Shown one piece after another: positions 48,453 through 58,561 of a stretch of DNA of 64,000 bases. The notes beneath the pieces were generated by a model. It saw only the letters and a program-made list of their open reading frames with translations. It made no database searches and had not been told where the DNA came from. This DNA comes from Candidatus Eiseniibacteriota bacterium (GTDB lineage: Bacteria > Eisenbacteria > RBG-16-71-46 > CAIMUX01 > VGJL01). The DNA lies in contig CAWBWI010000001.1 of the NCBI GenBank assembly GCA_963792585.1, positions 96,001-160,000 on the forward strand, in the 5' to 3' direction. The position numbers and the translations under genes are program-made. The stretch's first letter is position 1, and every line of letters starts with the position of its first letter.

Positions 48453-49664
48453 ATGGATCGGATCCTCTGGTACCCCGGACACGAGCACCTCATGGCCGAC
48501 ATCGTGCGCGCCGAGAACTGCTACCTCTACGACTCGGCCGGCAGGCGCTACGTCGATCTAGAATCGGGTGTCTGGTGCGCCTCGCTCGGACAGGGGAATA
48601 CCCGGATCCTGCATGTGCTGGCCGAGCAGGCCGCGCAGATCGCGCACAACGGCTTCTGCTACTCGACGCCGATCGTGGACGAGGCGGCGCGGGAAGTTCT
48701 CGCGCTGCTCGGCTTCGACGGCGGCAAGTGCGTCTTCCTCTGCTCGGGGAGCGAGGCGATCGAGTACGGCGTGCGGGTCGCCCGGATGCTGGCCGGGCGA
48801 ACTCTGTTCCTCACGATGACCGACTCCTATTTCGGCGCCTATGGTTCGGCGAACCTACGGCGTGAGGACGAGTGGTTCGGCTTCGACTGGTTCCCGTGCG
48901 CGGAGTGCGGACACGCGGGCGGCTGCGATGAGGGCGGCTCCGGCGGCTGCGAGCGCTGGAATTCGATTCCCTTCGACACGATCGGCGGCTTCCTCTTCGA
49001 GCCGGGGAGCTCCTCGGGTCTGGTCCGCTTTCCGCCGGAGAAGCTGATCCAGGCGATCGCCGCGCGAATCCGGGAAGATGACGGATTCTTCCTGGTGAAC
49101 GAGGTGACCACGGGGGCGGGTCGGACCGGGCGATGGTTCGGCTTTCAGCACTATGACGTCGCGCCCGACGTCGTCGCGATGGGCAAGGGGATCGGCAACG
49201 GATATCCGGTGAGCGTCACCGCCTTCTCCCGGAGGATCGTCGAGCGGCTGGGCGATCAGCCCGTGAAGTACGCGCAGTCGCACGAGAACGATCCACTGGG
49301 CGCGGCGGTTCTGCGCGAGGTGATCCGCGTGATCGAGGAGGAGGGATTGATCGCCCGCGCGGCGGAGCTCGGGGCGCTCCTGCGCGACGGACTCGATGGG
49401 ATCCAATCCCGCTGCTCGCGGATCCGCGCAGTGCGCTCCCGCGGCCTCATGGCGGCGATCGATCTGGAAGACGATCCGGACAACGCGTTCACCCTCCGCG
49501 TCCACCGCGGGCTGGTCGCGCGCGGCTTCATCGTCGGGCGCCGCCCGGGAGTCAACGTCCTGCGGATCGATCCCAGCCTCACGATCGAGCGCGAGGAGAT
49601 CGCGAACTTCCTCGCGTCGTTGGAGGAAACACTCTCCGCGGAGTCCCGACCTGGAGCAGTCTGA
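48453..49664 (+). CDS. Class III PLP-dependent aminotransferase
   Basis: YLYD..GRRYVDL.SG.W..LG, SGSEA, FEP, NEVTTG.GRTG, PD....GKG.GNG, LRIDPSL. Confidence 0.9.
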   Translation: MDRILWYPGHEHLMADIVRAENCYLYDSAGRRYVDLESGVWCASLGQGNTRILHVLAEQAAQIAHNGFCYSTPIVDEAAREVLALLGFDGGKCVFLCSGSEAIEYGVRVARMLAGRTLFLTMTDSYFGAYGSANLRREDEWFGFDWFPCAECGHAGGCDEGGSGGCERWNSIPFDTIGGFLFEPGSSSGLVRFPPEKLIQAIAARIREDDGFFLVNEVTTGAGRTGRWFGFQHYDVAPDVVAMGKGIGNGYPVSVTAFSRRIVERLGDQPVKYAQSHENDPLGAAVLREVIRVIEEEGLIARAAELGALLRDGLDGIQSRCSRIRAVRSRGLMAAIDLEDDPDNAFTLRVHRGLVARGFIVGRRPGVNVLRIDPSLTIEREEIANFLASLEETLSAESRPGAV

Positions 49665-50376
49665 AATCGTTCTGGGGGACGGGCGGATCTCCTACGAGAT
49701 TCGCCGGAGTGCGCGCAGGCGCACGGTCTCGATCGCCGTCCACCCGGGCGGTCTCGTCGTGGTCCACTCTCCCGCGCGCATCTCGGCCGAGCGCCTCGAC
49801 GCGATTGTGCTCCGGAAGCGGGACTGGGTCCTCGAGAAACTGCGCCTGGCATCCGACCCCGAAGCGACCCGCGCGCCCCGCAGGGTTGTCGACGGCGAGA
49901 CGTTTCTCTACTTGGGGCGTCGGTATCGGTTGCGCATCCGGCCCGGGAAGGGCCGCGCGAGTTCGGTGCGCCTCTCCGACGGGCACCTGGAAGTCGCGCT
50001 CATACCCCGCTCCGTCTCCTCGCCGGGCGCCGCCCGCAAGGCGCTGGTCGCCTGGTACGCGAAGCGCGCTGCGGCGCATGCGGGCTCCCACGTGGTCCAC
50101 TGGGCGCGCCGTCTCGAGGTCCCGGCGCCCGAGATTCTGATCCGCAGCCAGCGCGCGCGTTGGGGGAGTTGCGACCGGCGCGGGATCATCCGGATCAACT
50201 GGAGAATCGTGCAAGCCCCGATGCGCTTGGTCGACTATCTGATCGCGCACGAACTCACCCACCTCCGCGAACCGGGACACACGGCGGCCTTCTGGCGGGT
50301 GCTCACCGGGGTGATGCCCGACGCGAAGATGCGCCGGGGCGAGTTGAGGAAGATGGCCGGATTGATGGATTGGTAG
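49651..50376 (+). CDS. M48/YgjP (DUF45)-like metal-dependent hydrolase
   Basis: RRS.RRRT.SI, GE.FLYLGR.Y.L, RWGSC, NWR, DY...HELTH..H..FW. Start uncertain (possible CTG at 49651 after GGAG). Confidence 0.85.
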   Translation: MEQSEIVLGDGRISYEIRRSARRRTVSIAVHPGGLVVVHSPARISAERLDAIVLRKRDWVLEKLRLASDPEATRAPRRVVDGETFLYLGRRYRLRIRPGKGRASSVRLSDGHLEVALIPRSVSSPGAARKALVAWYAKRAAAHAGSHVVHWARRLEVPAPEILIRSQRARWGSCDRRGIIRINWRIVQAPMRLVDYLIAHELTHLREPGHTAAFWRVLTGVMPDAKMRRGELRKMAGLMDW

Positions 50377-50593
50377 GGACCCGGCTGAGGCCCCCTGTCC
50401 GAGGTCCTCGGGAGCGTAGGTACTGGGCCCAGCTCGATCCACGACCCCCCCCAGACATATACAGGACAGTATTTGTAGCAATACGAGGGAGGGGGTCGGG
50501 CACCCTCCCGAGGTGGGGAAACAACGTGAAGGTACGGCGATAACGATCTGTGACACACTCAATTATGGGCATCGTCGCGTCGTCTCGGGCTCA

Positions 50594-50609
50594 TGGCACG
50601 AGCCGTGCA
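50594..50609 (+). promoter_or_regulatory. Sigma-54 -24/-12 promoter
   Basis: TGGCAC-GAGCC-GTGCA upstream of ATG 50687. Confidence 0.6.
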
Positions 50610-50686
50610 TTCCAGCGGGAGGAATCGGACCGGTCGCCGCCCGGCGGCCGGGTCCCTCGACCGCCACCGCAAGGGAGGTACCCAAG

Positions 50687-51046
50687 ATGTCGCGACTCGG
50701 CAGCCGACTGATCTACTGGACCCCGCGGGTCCTCTGCATCCTCTTTGCCCTCTTCATCAGCATGTTCGCCCTGGACGTCTTCGGCGAAGGGCGCGGCTTC
50801 TGGGAAACGTTGGCGGCGCTCGGCATGCACATGATCCCCACGGCGGTCATCGTTCTCGTAACCATTCTCGCGTGGCGCTGGGAGTGGATCGGCACGCTCG
50901 CCTTCTTCACGACCGGGGTCCTCTACTCCGTGAGAACCGCGCAGCACCCCGACTGGATCCTCCTCATCGCCGGCCCGCAATTCCTGATCGGCGGTCTCTT
51001 CCTGCTCAGCTGGTTCCAGCGTCGGAGAGTTCGTCCGGCCGTCTGA
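50687..51046 (+). CDS. Small four-TM membrane protein
   Basis: GGGAGG RBS; WTPRVL.I..F.S.FALDVF..H.IP..AWRWE. Confidence 0.8.
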   Translation: MSRLGSRLIYWTPRVLCILFALFISMFALDVFGEGRGFWETLAALGMHMIPTAVIVLVTILAWRWEWIGTLAFFTTGVLYSVRTAQHPDWILLIAGPQFLIGGLFLLSWFQRRRVRPAV

Positions 51047-51049
51047 GCG

Positions 51050-51228
51050 CGCTCATCGATCCACGTGACGAGCGCTCCGCCCACGGCGTCGGAGGCCATG
51101 CCGACGACGGTCTGGTTGCCGGGCGCTCCACACACAGAGATCACCTCGTCGAGCCGCCCGGACCATGCGGGGTCTGAATGCAGGCAGAGAAGGAAGGTGG
51201 GGGCCAACAGGAACAGGATCCGTTTCAT
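51050..51228 (-). pseudogene. Truncated 5' remnant of a secreted repeat protein
   Basis: AGGAGG RBS, signal peptide, one repeat (APGNQ..SDAVGGALVTWIDER); the frame then runs antisense into the convergent gene. Confidence 0.5.
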
Positions 51229-51304
51229 CGCGCGCCTCCTATGACCGAGGAGATTCGACGCCGGAATTCGGGTCACGCAGGAGGCTTCGGCGGCATCGCC
51301 GCCG

Positions 51305-52528
51305 TCAGGCCCGTGCCGGGACGGGTCGCTTCACCAGCAAGACGAACAGCATCACGGCCAGCAATGCCATCCCGCCGCCGTAGAGGAACGTCGCCTGGAA
51401 GCCGAACCGCTGCCAGAGCAATCCGGCGGCAACGCTCGCGAGCAGATTCGCCAACCCATTCGCCATGCTGTAGACGCCGAGCCCGGTCGCGCGGAACTCT
51501 TCCTGCACCAGCTGCGAGGCATACGCCTTTCCCACCCCGTCGGTGAATGCGGTGTAGAACCCGTAGATCGCGAAGAGGACCCAAACCGCACGGGGGGCGT
51601 GGTTGAGGGCGAAGCCGGCGTAGACCAAAGCGAACAGGACGAGCCCAAAGGCGAAGACCCTGCGCGGGCCAATGCGATCCGCGAGCATCCCGGCCGGGTA
51701 CGACCCCACCGAGTACGCGATGTTGTAGACGACATAGGCCAGGATCACGGTGACCGTTGCGTTCCCCGCGGTCGAGAAGACCTCCCGCGCCCGCAGGATG
51801 AGGAAGGTGTCGGAGGAGTTGCCGATCGCGAACACCAGGTTCACCAGGATAAAGACGCGGAAGTCCCGATTGAAGATGCTCCACGCGAACGACGGGCGCT
51901 TGTACCGGGGAGCGGAGGGCTTCTCGCGTACCAGGAAGAGAAGGAGGACGCCCGCGATTGCCGGCAGGAACGCCCACTTGAAGATCGCGCGGTAGCTCTC
52001 CGCGTTCTCACCCATACGGCTCATGAAGTAGATGGCGATCAAGGGGCCAACGACGGCGCCCAGACTGTCCATCGCGCGGTGGAGTCCGAACGCCCGCCCC
52101 CGTTGCGCGGGTGTGGTCGCGTCGGCGATCAGTGCGTCCCGCGCCGAGCTGCGCAAGCCCTTTCCCGTCCGGTCCGCCACGCGGAGCCCCAGAACGAACA
52201 TCCATCCGGTCGCGAGCGCGAGCATCGGCTTCGAGAAGGCCGAGAGGCCATAGCCGCCGATCACGAACGGCCGGCGCTTGCCGACGCGGTCCGACCACCA
52301 TCCCGAGAAGCTCTTCAGGATGTTCGCCGTGGCCTCGGCAAGTCCCTCGATCAAGCCGAGCGCCGCCATCGGGGCGGCGAGCACGGTGGTGAGGAACACC
52401 GGAACGAGGGGATAGAGCATCTCCGACGAGATGTCGGTGAAGAAGCTCACCCAGCCCAGGAGGACCACATTGCGCGGGAGCTTGCCCGCGGTCTCGTTCG
52501 CGGACGGTGCCTTCGTCTCGGTGACCAT
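51305..52528 (-). CDS. MFS transporter
   Basis: VSFFTDISSEM, GWWSDRVGKRRP, DRTGKGLR..RDALIAD, RGRAFG.HRAMD, GMLADRIG; ~12 TM. Confidence 0.92.
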   Translation of the reverse strand: MVTETKAPSANETAGKLPRNVVLLGWVSFFTDISSEMLYPLVPVFLTTVLAAPMAALGLIEGLAEATANILKSFSGWWSDRVGKRRPFVIGGYGLSAFSKPMLALATGWMFVLGLRVADRTGKGLRSSARDALIADATTPAQRGRAFGLHRAMDSLGAVVGPLIAIYFMSRMGENAESYRAIFKWAFLPAIAGVLLLFLVREKPSAPRYKRPSFAWSIFNRDFRVFILVNLVFAIGNSSDTFLILRAREVFSTAGNATVTVILAYVVYNIAYSVGSYPAGMLADRIGPRRVFAFGLVLFALVYAGFALNHAPRAVWVLFAIYGFYTAFTDGVGKAYASQLVQEEFRATGLGVYSMANGLANLLASVAAGLLWQRFGFQATFLYGGGMALLAVMLFVLLVKRPVPARA

Positions 52529-52622
52529 ACGCGGGAGAGTGTACGGCCACGCTGCGTCCGTTGTCGGGCAAAGGTTCCGTTGTCGGCCAAAGCGATGCCG
52601 AACTTGCGACGGGACGACCCGC

Positions 52623-52631
52623 TGGTATACT
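52623..52631 (+). promoter_or_regulatory. Extended -10 promoter of a probable leaderless transcript
   Basis: TG-G-TATACT 7 nt before ATG 52639. Confidence 0.6.
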
Positions 52632-52638
52632 GCGGGGC

Positions 52639-54426
52639 ATGTCAACCCTGCGACGCTACCTACCGCCCATGAATTCCCCCGCCTATTACGTCCTCCTCGG
52701 TGCGATCGCCATCCTGATCCTCGGGCCCCTGGCGAGGCATCACCGCCGCGTACATGAACTTCTCCCTCGGCTTCTTCGTCGGCGGACAGGTTCTGGCCGG
52801 CATCCTCGGGCAGCGTGGTCACCTACGCCTACGGCGCGGAAGGCAAGCACGGCGCCAACTACATGCAGACGATGGCCGCCTCGGTGGCGAGCCTCTCCGG
52901 CATGGCGGTCCTGATCCAGGCGATGACCTGGCTCGGGTTCCCCGAGCCGCCCGTCTGGCAGCTCGTCCTCTACTTCCTCTGCATCGGGATGTTCGGCGTC
53001 GGCGTCGGGATGCTCTACACGCCGATCCTCGTCGACAGGATGCGGCTCTCGTTCCCGTCCGGCTTCGCCGTCGCCAACATCCTGCGGGCGCTGACCGACA
53101 TCCGCATCCTGAAGACCTCGATCACCAAGCTCGGCGGCGGCACCCTCGCGGGATTCGCGGGCGGCATCGCGGCCACCTACGTCCCCAGGATCGCGCGCGA
53201 CCGGGTTCTCCTCCTCGACCCTGGGGGCGGGCATGATCGTCGGGGTGCGGATCGGCGTCCCGGCGCTCTTCGTCGGCGCGATCGGTCTTGGCCTCACCCC
53301 CTGGCTGCGCGCGATCGGCATGGCTCGGCCCCCACGATCCGTTCCGCAAGATCGGCTTCATCGTGGCGCTCGGGATGATCCTGGGCGCGGCGATCGTCGA
53401 CATGTCGCTCCTGGCCATCTCCGCCTCGCACGCCTACAAGGAATCCCGCGGCAAGACGGCGCCGCCCGCGGAGGATTGGAAGCAGACCGATTCGCGGATG
53501 CTGACGATCTGGGTCGTCTTCTGGGCGCTCGCGGTCATCTTCACGGCCACCTTCTTCCTGAAGCTTCCGCTCATCTTCGTCTTGCGTGGCGGTCGCGCTG
53601 GTCTTCGTCTTCCTGATGGTCAACGGGATCTCGCTCGGCATCTCGGACAGCAATCCGATCTCGAGCGCCTTCGTCGATCACGGTCTTCATCCTGGCCGGG
53701 TTGGGGCTGAAGAATCCCGTCATCGGTCTCATGTGCGCGTCGATCCTGCTGGTTTCGACATCGGTCGGATGCGACATGCAGCAGGACCGCTCCACCGGCT
53801 GGCGGCTCGGGACGAACCGGTCGATCCAGTTCCGCTTCCAGGTGATCGGGGTGACGATGGGCGCGGTGATGTCCGTCGTCCTCGCCCGGCTCTTCATGAA
53901 GGCATACCCGATCCTGTCGATCAACCAGTACGCGCACCCCGACACCCCCGGCATCGAGAAATGGCAGTCGGCGATGACCTTCAAGTTCGTCGGCGCCTTG
54001 GAAGGGATCGCCCACCCGAACCCGCGCGTGATGATGGCCCTCGCCCTCGGGGTCGGTCTCGGCATCGCGATCGAGGCGATCCGCAAGTTCATGAAGAGCC
54101 GCGCATCCTACAAGGCGTGGGTAACGGGATCGCGCCGCGGCCGTCTCACCGATCTCGTGCTGGACTGCACGATCCTCGCGAGTCCCTATGCATCCTCGTT
54201 CGGAGGGTTCGTCGACTTCCCGGTCGTCGCGTGGTTCGCAGGGGGAAGTCTGATGAGCTCCGGGGTGCAGGCCGCGACGGCCCATCGCGCGTCGCGCCGG
54301 CCGAAGACCGAGGAACTGCCGGAGGACATGAGCACGAGCTCGCTCGTGGGAGGCGGCCTCATCGCCGGCGATTCCCTCGCCGCGCTCGGCATCGGTATCT
54401 GGGGACTCCTGCATACGGTGATGTAG
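52639..54426 (+). pseudogene. OPT/YSL-family transporter interrupted by six frameshifts (likely sequence error)
   Basis: Successive frames give YMNFSLG, NYMQTMA, LSFPSGFAVA, GISDSNPISS, DMQQD..TG..LG, GGGLIAGDSL. Confidence 0.75.
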
Positions 54427-54435
54427 GAGCGACGC

Positions 54436-54972
54436 GTGAGACTCCTATTCGTTTCATGGTTCCTGGCTTCGTTCGCGCTTGGGTGCCCGGCCCGCGCGGA
54501 GTCTCCTCCTGTGACGCCGGCGCCCAAGGCGTCGCGAACCGTCCTCGTCATTCGCCACGCGGAGCGCGAGAAGGAACCCGCCGACGATCCGGTCCTGGCG
54601 GAGGCGGGGAAGGAGCGCGCGCGGGAACTCGTCCGGGTCCTCGGTGGATCCGGCGTCGACGGCCTTTACGCGAGCGAGACCACGCGAGCGCGAGAGACGC
54701 TTCAACCGCTGGCCGACAGCCTCTCGCTCGTGATCGAGACCGGGAACATCGACGATCCGGTGGGACTCGCGCGCAAGGCGATCGCGCGTGGCGGATCCGT
54801 CAGCGTGATCGCCGGCCACAGCGACACCGTTCTGCCGATCATCGAGGCCCTGGGGGTTCTTCACCACCCCGAGTTCGGCGCAATCACCTACGACGACCTT
54901 TTCGTCGTGACGATCCCCTCTTCCGGTCCCGCCACGGTGTTGAGGCTGAAGTACGGCGCTCGAGTGCCCTAG
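54436..54972 (+). CDS. Secreted histidine phosphatase (PGAM/SixA-like)
   Basis: Signal peptide; VIRHAE; L...G..RA; RA.ET; GHS; YDDLFVV. Confidence 0.85.
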   Translation: MRLLFVSWFLASFALGCPARAESPPVTPAPKASRTVLVIRHAEREKEPADDPVLAEAGKERARELVRVLGGSGVDGLYASETTRARETLQPLADSLSLVIETGNIDDPVGLARKAIARGGSVSVIAGHSDTVLPIIEALGVLHHPEFGAITYDDLFVVTIPSSGPATVLRLKYGARVP

Positions 54973-54982
54973 ACATGCCGCT

Positions 54983-55738
54983 ATGAACGACTGCTGCCAG
55001 CACGCTGCGAACGCGGGGATCGGCTCCCTCAGTCTGGCTCTGCTCTTCACGACCGGTCTGTTGATGAGCCTTGGCCACTGCATCGGGATGTGCGGCCCGA
55101 TCGTCGGCGCCTTCAGCGTCGGACAGAAGGCGCGGGGCGCCACCCCCCGGGCGCTCGTTCTCGCAACGGGTCTTTATCAGGGCGGACGAGTGATGAGCTA
55201 CGTCCTGATCGGCGGCTTCTTCGGCCTGCTCGGCTCCGGGGCCGCGCGCCTCGGTGACACCGGGCTGCTCAAGGGTCTGGTTTCGATCCTGGCCGCCGGG
55301 CTGATGCTCATCCTCGGCATCGGGCTGCTCGGGATCCTGCCGTCGCAACATTGGCTGGACCGTCTTCCCTTCGCGCGACGGGCCTCCCAGGCGGTTGCGC
55401 GATTCTTGAGGACACCCAAGCCGATCGGGCAAATCGGCCTCGGCCTCGCCAACGGCTTCTTGCCCTGCGGGCCGGTTGCGGCCTCCGCGCTCACGGCGGC
55501 CGCCGCAGCGAGCGTGCCGCGCGGCATGCTTGCCATGCTCGTTTACGGTTTGGGGACCGTGCCGGTCCTGTTCGCTCTAAGCCTCGGGATGGGAGCCCTC
55601 GGACGGGCGGTGCGGCTGCGCTTCTACAGGATGGGTGCAGTCCTCGTCCTCCTGATCGGCGTCCAGCTCGGCCTCCGCGGCTTCCATGGGCTCGGCTGGA
55701 TCGAAGGCGTGCGGATCGGCGAGATGGTTCTCTGGTAG
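54983..55738 (+). CDS. DsbD_2 / TauE-SafE-like membrane protein associated with cco clusters
   Basis: HCIGMCGP, YQGGR..SY, NGFLPCG, YGLGT.P. Confidence 0.88.
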   Translation: MNDCCQHAANAGIGSLSLALLFTTGLLMSLGHCIGMCGPIVGAFSVGQKARGATPRALVLATGLYQGGRVMSYVLIGGFFGLLGSGAARLGDTGLLKGLVSILAAGLMLILGIGLLGILPSQHWLDRLPFARRASQAVARFLRTPKPIGQIGLGLANGFLPCGPVAASALTAAAAASVPRGMLAMLVYGLGTVPVLFALSLGMGALGRAVRLRFYRMGAVLVLLIGVQLGLRGFHGLGWIEGVRIGEMVLW

Positions 55739-55871
55739 CGAGGCTTGGAGTTGGGCCCGCGTCTTCCTCACATGTCGTCGCGCAGCCCGAGCAACCTCCA
55801 GCCCTCCTTATACGAGACCTCAGGATTAATTGGGACCGTCGGGCGCCTTCATCCCTTTTAATGCTCTGAGG

Positions 55872-58391
55872 ATGAACAAGGCCAGGACCGTCGAAGCCGC
55901 GACCCAAGATCCGGACTCCGAGCCCGCCCGCCCGTCGGCGGGGGGCGTGGTCGATTGCCTCCATTGTGCCTTGCCGATTCCCTCTTCGCTGCGCGCCAAG
56001 GGAGCGAGGTTCTGCTGCTCGGGATGCGCGCGCGTTTTTGCCCTGCTGAACACGGCCGGCTTGACCCGCTACTATGACCTGCGCCCGGATCGTGGCGTCC
56101 CGGTCGCGACCCTGCGTCCGGACAGCTATGCCTGGCTCGACGCGCAGCGCGGGAACGCGGGACCGTCCGGTGATCGACCGGCATCGCTCTCGCTCGACGT
56201 TCAGGGGGTTCACTGCGCTGCCTGCATCTGGCTCCTGCGAGAACTCCTCCAACGGAAGGCGGGTGGGATCGACCTGCGGTTGAATCCATCCCTGGGTCAG
56301 GCGGAGCTGACGTTCGAGCCCCATCGCTTCGACCTGCGTGCATACCTCCGCGAAGCCGAGACCTTCGGGTACCGGTTCGGCCCGCGTCGCAAGGGGGGTG
56401 CTTCGATCTCGCACGGCATGCTCCTTCGCCTCGGCGTCTCCGCGGCCGCCGCGATGAACGTCATGATCTTCAGTGTCTGTTTCTATGCCGGGCTGGGACC
56501 TTCGGAGGGATCGCTCTACCACCTGTTCGGGAAGCTGAACCTCGCGCTCACCACCCTGGCGGTGCTCGTGGGAGGCTGGGTCTTCGCCCGCGCCGCCGTG
56601 CAGGGACTTCGTCGCGGCGTCGTCCACCTTGACTTGCCGATCGCACTTGGGATCGTTCTCGCATATGCGGGTTCCGTATATGCCTATCGGCACGCAGGCC
56701 CCGAAGCGACTTACTTCGACACCGTGGCGGCGTTCATCACCCTCATGCTGGTCGGGCGCCTCCTCCAGGAGAGAGTCCTGGAGCGAAACCGGAACAGCCT
56801 GCTGGCCGGAGAAGGAATCGAAAATCTCCACACGCGCCGTTTCGAGAGTGGTGCGGTTGTGTCGATTCCGGCCTCTTCGATCCAGGAAGGCGACGAACTG
56901 TGGATTGTCCCGGGAGACATCCTGCCGGTCGAGGCGACGCTGGAGAGCGCATCGGGAGCGGTGTCCCTGGACTGGATCACCGGGGAGTCCGAGGTGCAAT
57001 CCGTGCTCCAGGCGGATCGCATCCAGGCGGGTGCTTTCAACGCGGGCGGAACAACCCTTCGGGTGCGCGCGGCGCAAGGGTTCGATTCCGCCCGCCTGCA
57101 CGAACTGCTACGCGCCCCGATCCTCGCCGAGCAGAACGATGGCGGCGGCGCGGGCGCCCGGTGGTGGCGACGCCTGGGGACCGTGTATGTCCTCGGCGTC
57201 CTCCTGCTCGCGATCGCCGGTTTCGTGAGCTGGATCCCGCAAGGGTTCGAGGCGGCCGCGCGGGTGACCGTTGCGATCCTCGCGATCACCTGCCCATGCG
57301 CGATCGGTCTCGGGATCCCGCTCGCCCACGAGATGGTCCACCTCGCGTTGCGACGGCAGGGGATCTTCCTTCGACGCCGGGGATTCCTGGATCGCGCCCT
57401 CGAAATCCGCAAGGTTCTCTTCGACAAGACCGGCACGCTCACGCTCGGCGAACTGACCCTGACCGAAGGAGCGGCGGCCTCGCTGCGGGCGCTGTCGCCC
57501 GCCGACCGCCGGCTGCTCTATCGGATGGCGATCCGGAGCAACCATCCGACGAGCCGGAGTCTGGCCCGCGCAATCTCACCGGCGATCGGACGTGAACCGG
57601 CGATTCCGGCAAGGGAAATCGAGGCCGACGATGCAATCCTCGAAACGCCCGGACAAGGCCTGGCCTGGAGTCGGATCGACGGCCACTACAGACTCGGCCG
57701 ACCGGGCTTCGCGCTCGCGGCGGTGGCCCCCGAGCCCGTGGGTGAGGGACGCGGCCCCGCGGCGCCGCATACCGGATCCGCAGACGAAGGCGCGACCATC
57801 TTCTCCAAGGACGATCGCCCTCTCGCCCGCTTCTTCTTCGACGAGGAGATGCGCAGCGACGCCCGCGTCGAGATCGAGCGCTTGCTAGAAAGCGGGTACC
57901 AGGTCCACCTGCTCAGCGGTGACACGTCGGCGAAGACCTCACGGCTCGCCGAGCGGGTCGGAATCGCCCCGGAGAATGCGCTGGGAGAGCTTTCGCCGGA
58001 GGCGAAGGCGGAGCGGGTCCGTGCGATCACGCGCCACGACACGCTGATGGTGGGGGACGGGATCAACGACGCCATGAGCTTCGACGCGGCGACCTGTACG
58101 GCGACCCCCGCGGTCGATCGACCGGCATTGCCCGCGCGCGCCGACTTCTACTTTCTTGGGGAGGGGATCGCGGCCGTGCGCCGCGCGCTCGATGCGGCGC
58201 ACCACCTCCGTGCGGTGACGCGGGCGAACCTCCTCTTCGCGCTCGCATACAATGCGATCGCCCTATCCCTCTGTTTCGCCGGATGGATCTCCCCGTTGTT
58301 GGCGGCGATCCTGATGCCCGCGAGCTCGCTGACCGTGGTGGGACACACCACATGGCGCCTGACCGGACGGAGGCTCTCGTGGATGTCCTGA
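55872..58391 (+). CDS. ccoI: CcoI/FixI-type P1B heavy-metal ATPase
   Basis: CLHC..FCCSGC, HCAACIW, YFD, TGES, CPCA, DKTGTLT, HP, GDGIND, YN; adjacent to ccoS/ccoNO. Confidence 0.88.
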   Translation: MNKARTVEAATQDPDSEPARPSAGGVVDCLHCALPIPSSLRAKGARFCCSGCARVFALLNTAGLTRYYDLRPDRGVPVATLRPDSYAWLDAQRGNAGPSGDRPASLSLDVQGVHCAACIWLLRELLQRKAGGIDLRLNPSLGQAELTFEPHRFDLRAYLREAETFGYRFGPRRKGGASISHGMLLRLGVSAAAAMNVMIFSVCFYAGLGPSEGSLYHLFGKLNLALTTLAVLVGGWVFARAAVQGLRRGVVHLDLPIALGIVLAYAGSVYAYRHAGPEATYFDTVAAFITLMLVGRLLQERVLERNRNSLLAGEGIENLHTRRFESGAVVSIPASSIQEGDELWIVPGDILPVEATLESASGAVSLDWITGESEVQSVLQADRIQAGAFNAGGTTLRVRAAQGFDSARLHELLRAPILAEQNDGGGAGARWWRRLGTVYVLGVLLLAIAGFVSWIPQGFEAAARVTVAILAITCPCAIGLGIPLAHEMVHLALRRQGIFLRRRGFLDRALEIRKVLFDKTGTLTLGELTLTEGAAASLRALSPADRRLLYRMAIRSNHPTSRSLARAISPAIGREPAIPAREIEADDAILETPGQGLAWSRIDGHYRLGRPGFALAAVAPEPVGEGRGPAAPHTGSADEGATIFSKDDRPLARFFFDEEMRSDARVEIERLLESGYQVHLLSGDTSAKTSRLAERVGIAPENALGELSPEAKAERVRAITRHDTLMVGDGINDAMSFDAATCTATPAVDRPALPARADFYFLGEGIAAVRRALDAAHHLRAVTRANLLFALAYNAIALSLCFAGWISPLLAAILMPASSLTVVGHTTWRLTGRRLSWMS

Positions 58392-58561
58392 TCATCCTCG
58401 TGTTCGTGAGCTTGGTCCTCGTTGCGGCCGCGATCCTCTTTCTGTTCTCACGGGTCCACGGTGGAGACCTGGACCATGGGGACAGATTGTCCCTCATGCC
58501 GTTGGATGACGATGCGAACCCGAGCCACAAGCAGAAGGAAGGAGAAACGGTTCCTCGATGA
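58379..58561 (+). CDS. ccoS: cbb3 oxidase maturation protein
   Basis: GTG after GGAGG; TM followed by GDLDH..PLDDD; overlaps both neighbours. Confidence 0.8.
   Translation: MDVLIILVFVSLVLVAAAILFLFSRVHGGDLDHGDRLSLMPLDDDANPSHKQKEGETVPR

Noticed and set aside
49651..50376. YgjP-like gene as a marker of a type I restriction locus
   Set aside because: No hsdR/M/S or other defence genes nearby.
55848..55861. Possible FNR box upstream of ccoI (TTCAT-CCCT-TTTAA)
   Set aside because: Three mismatches to TTGAT-N4-ATCAA and too close to the start codon.
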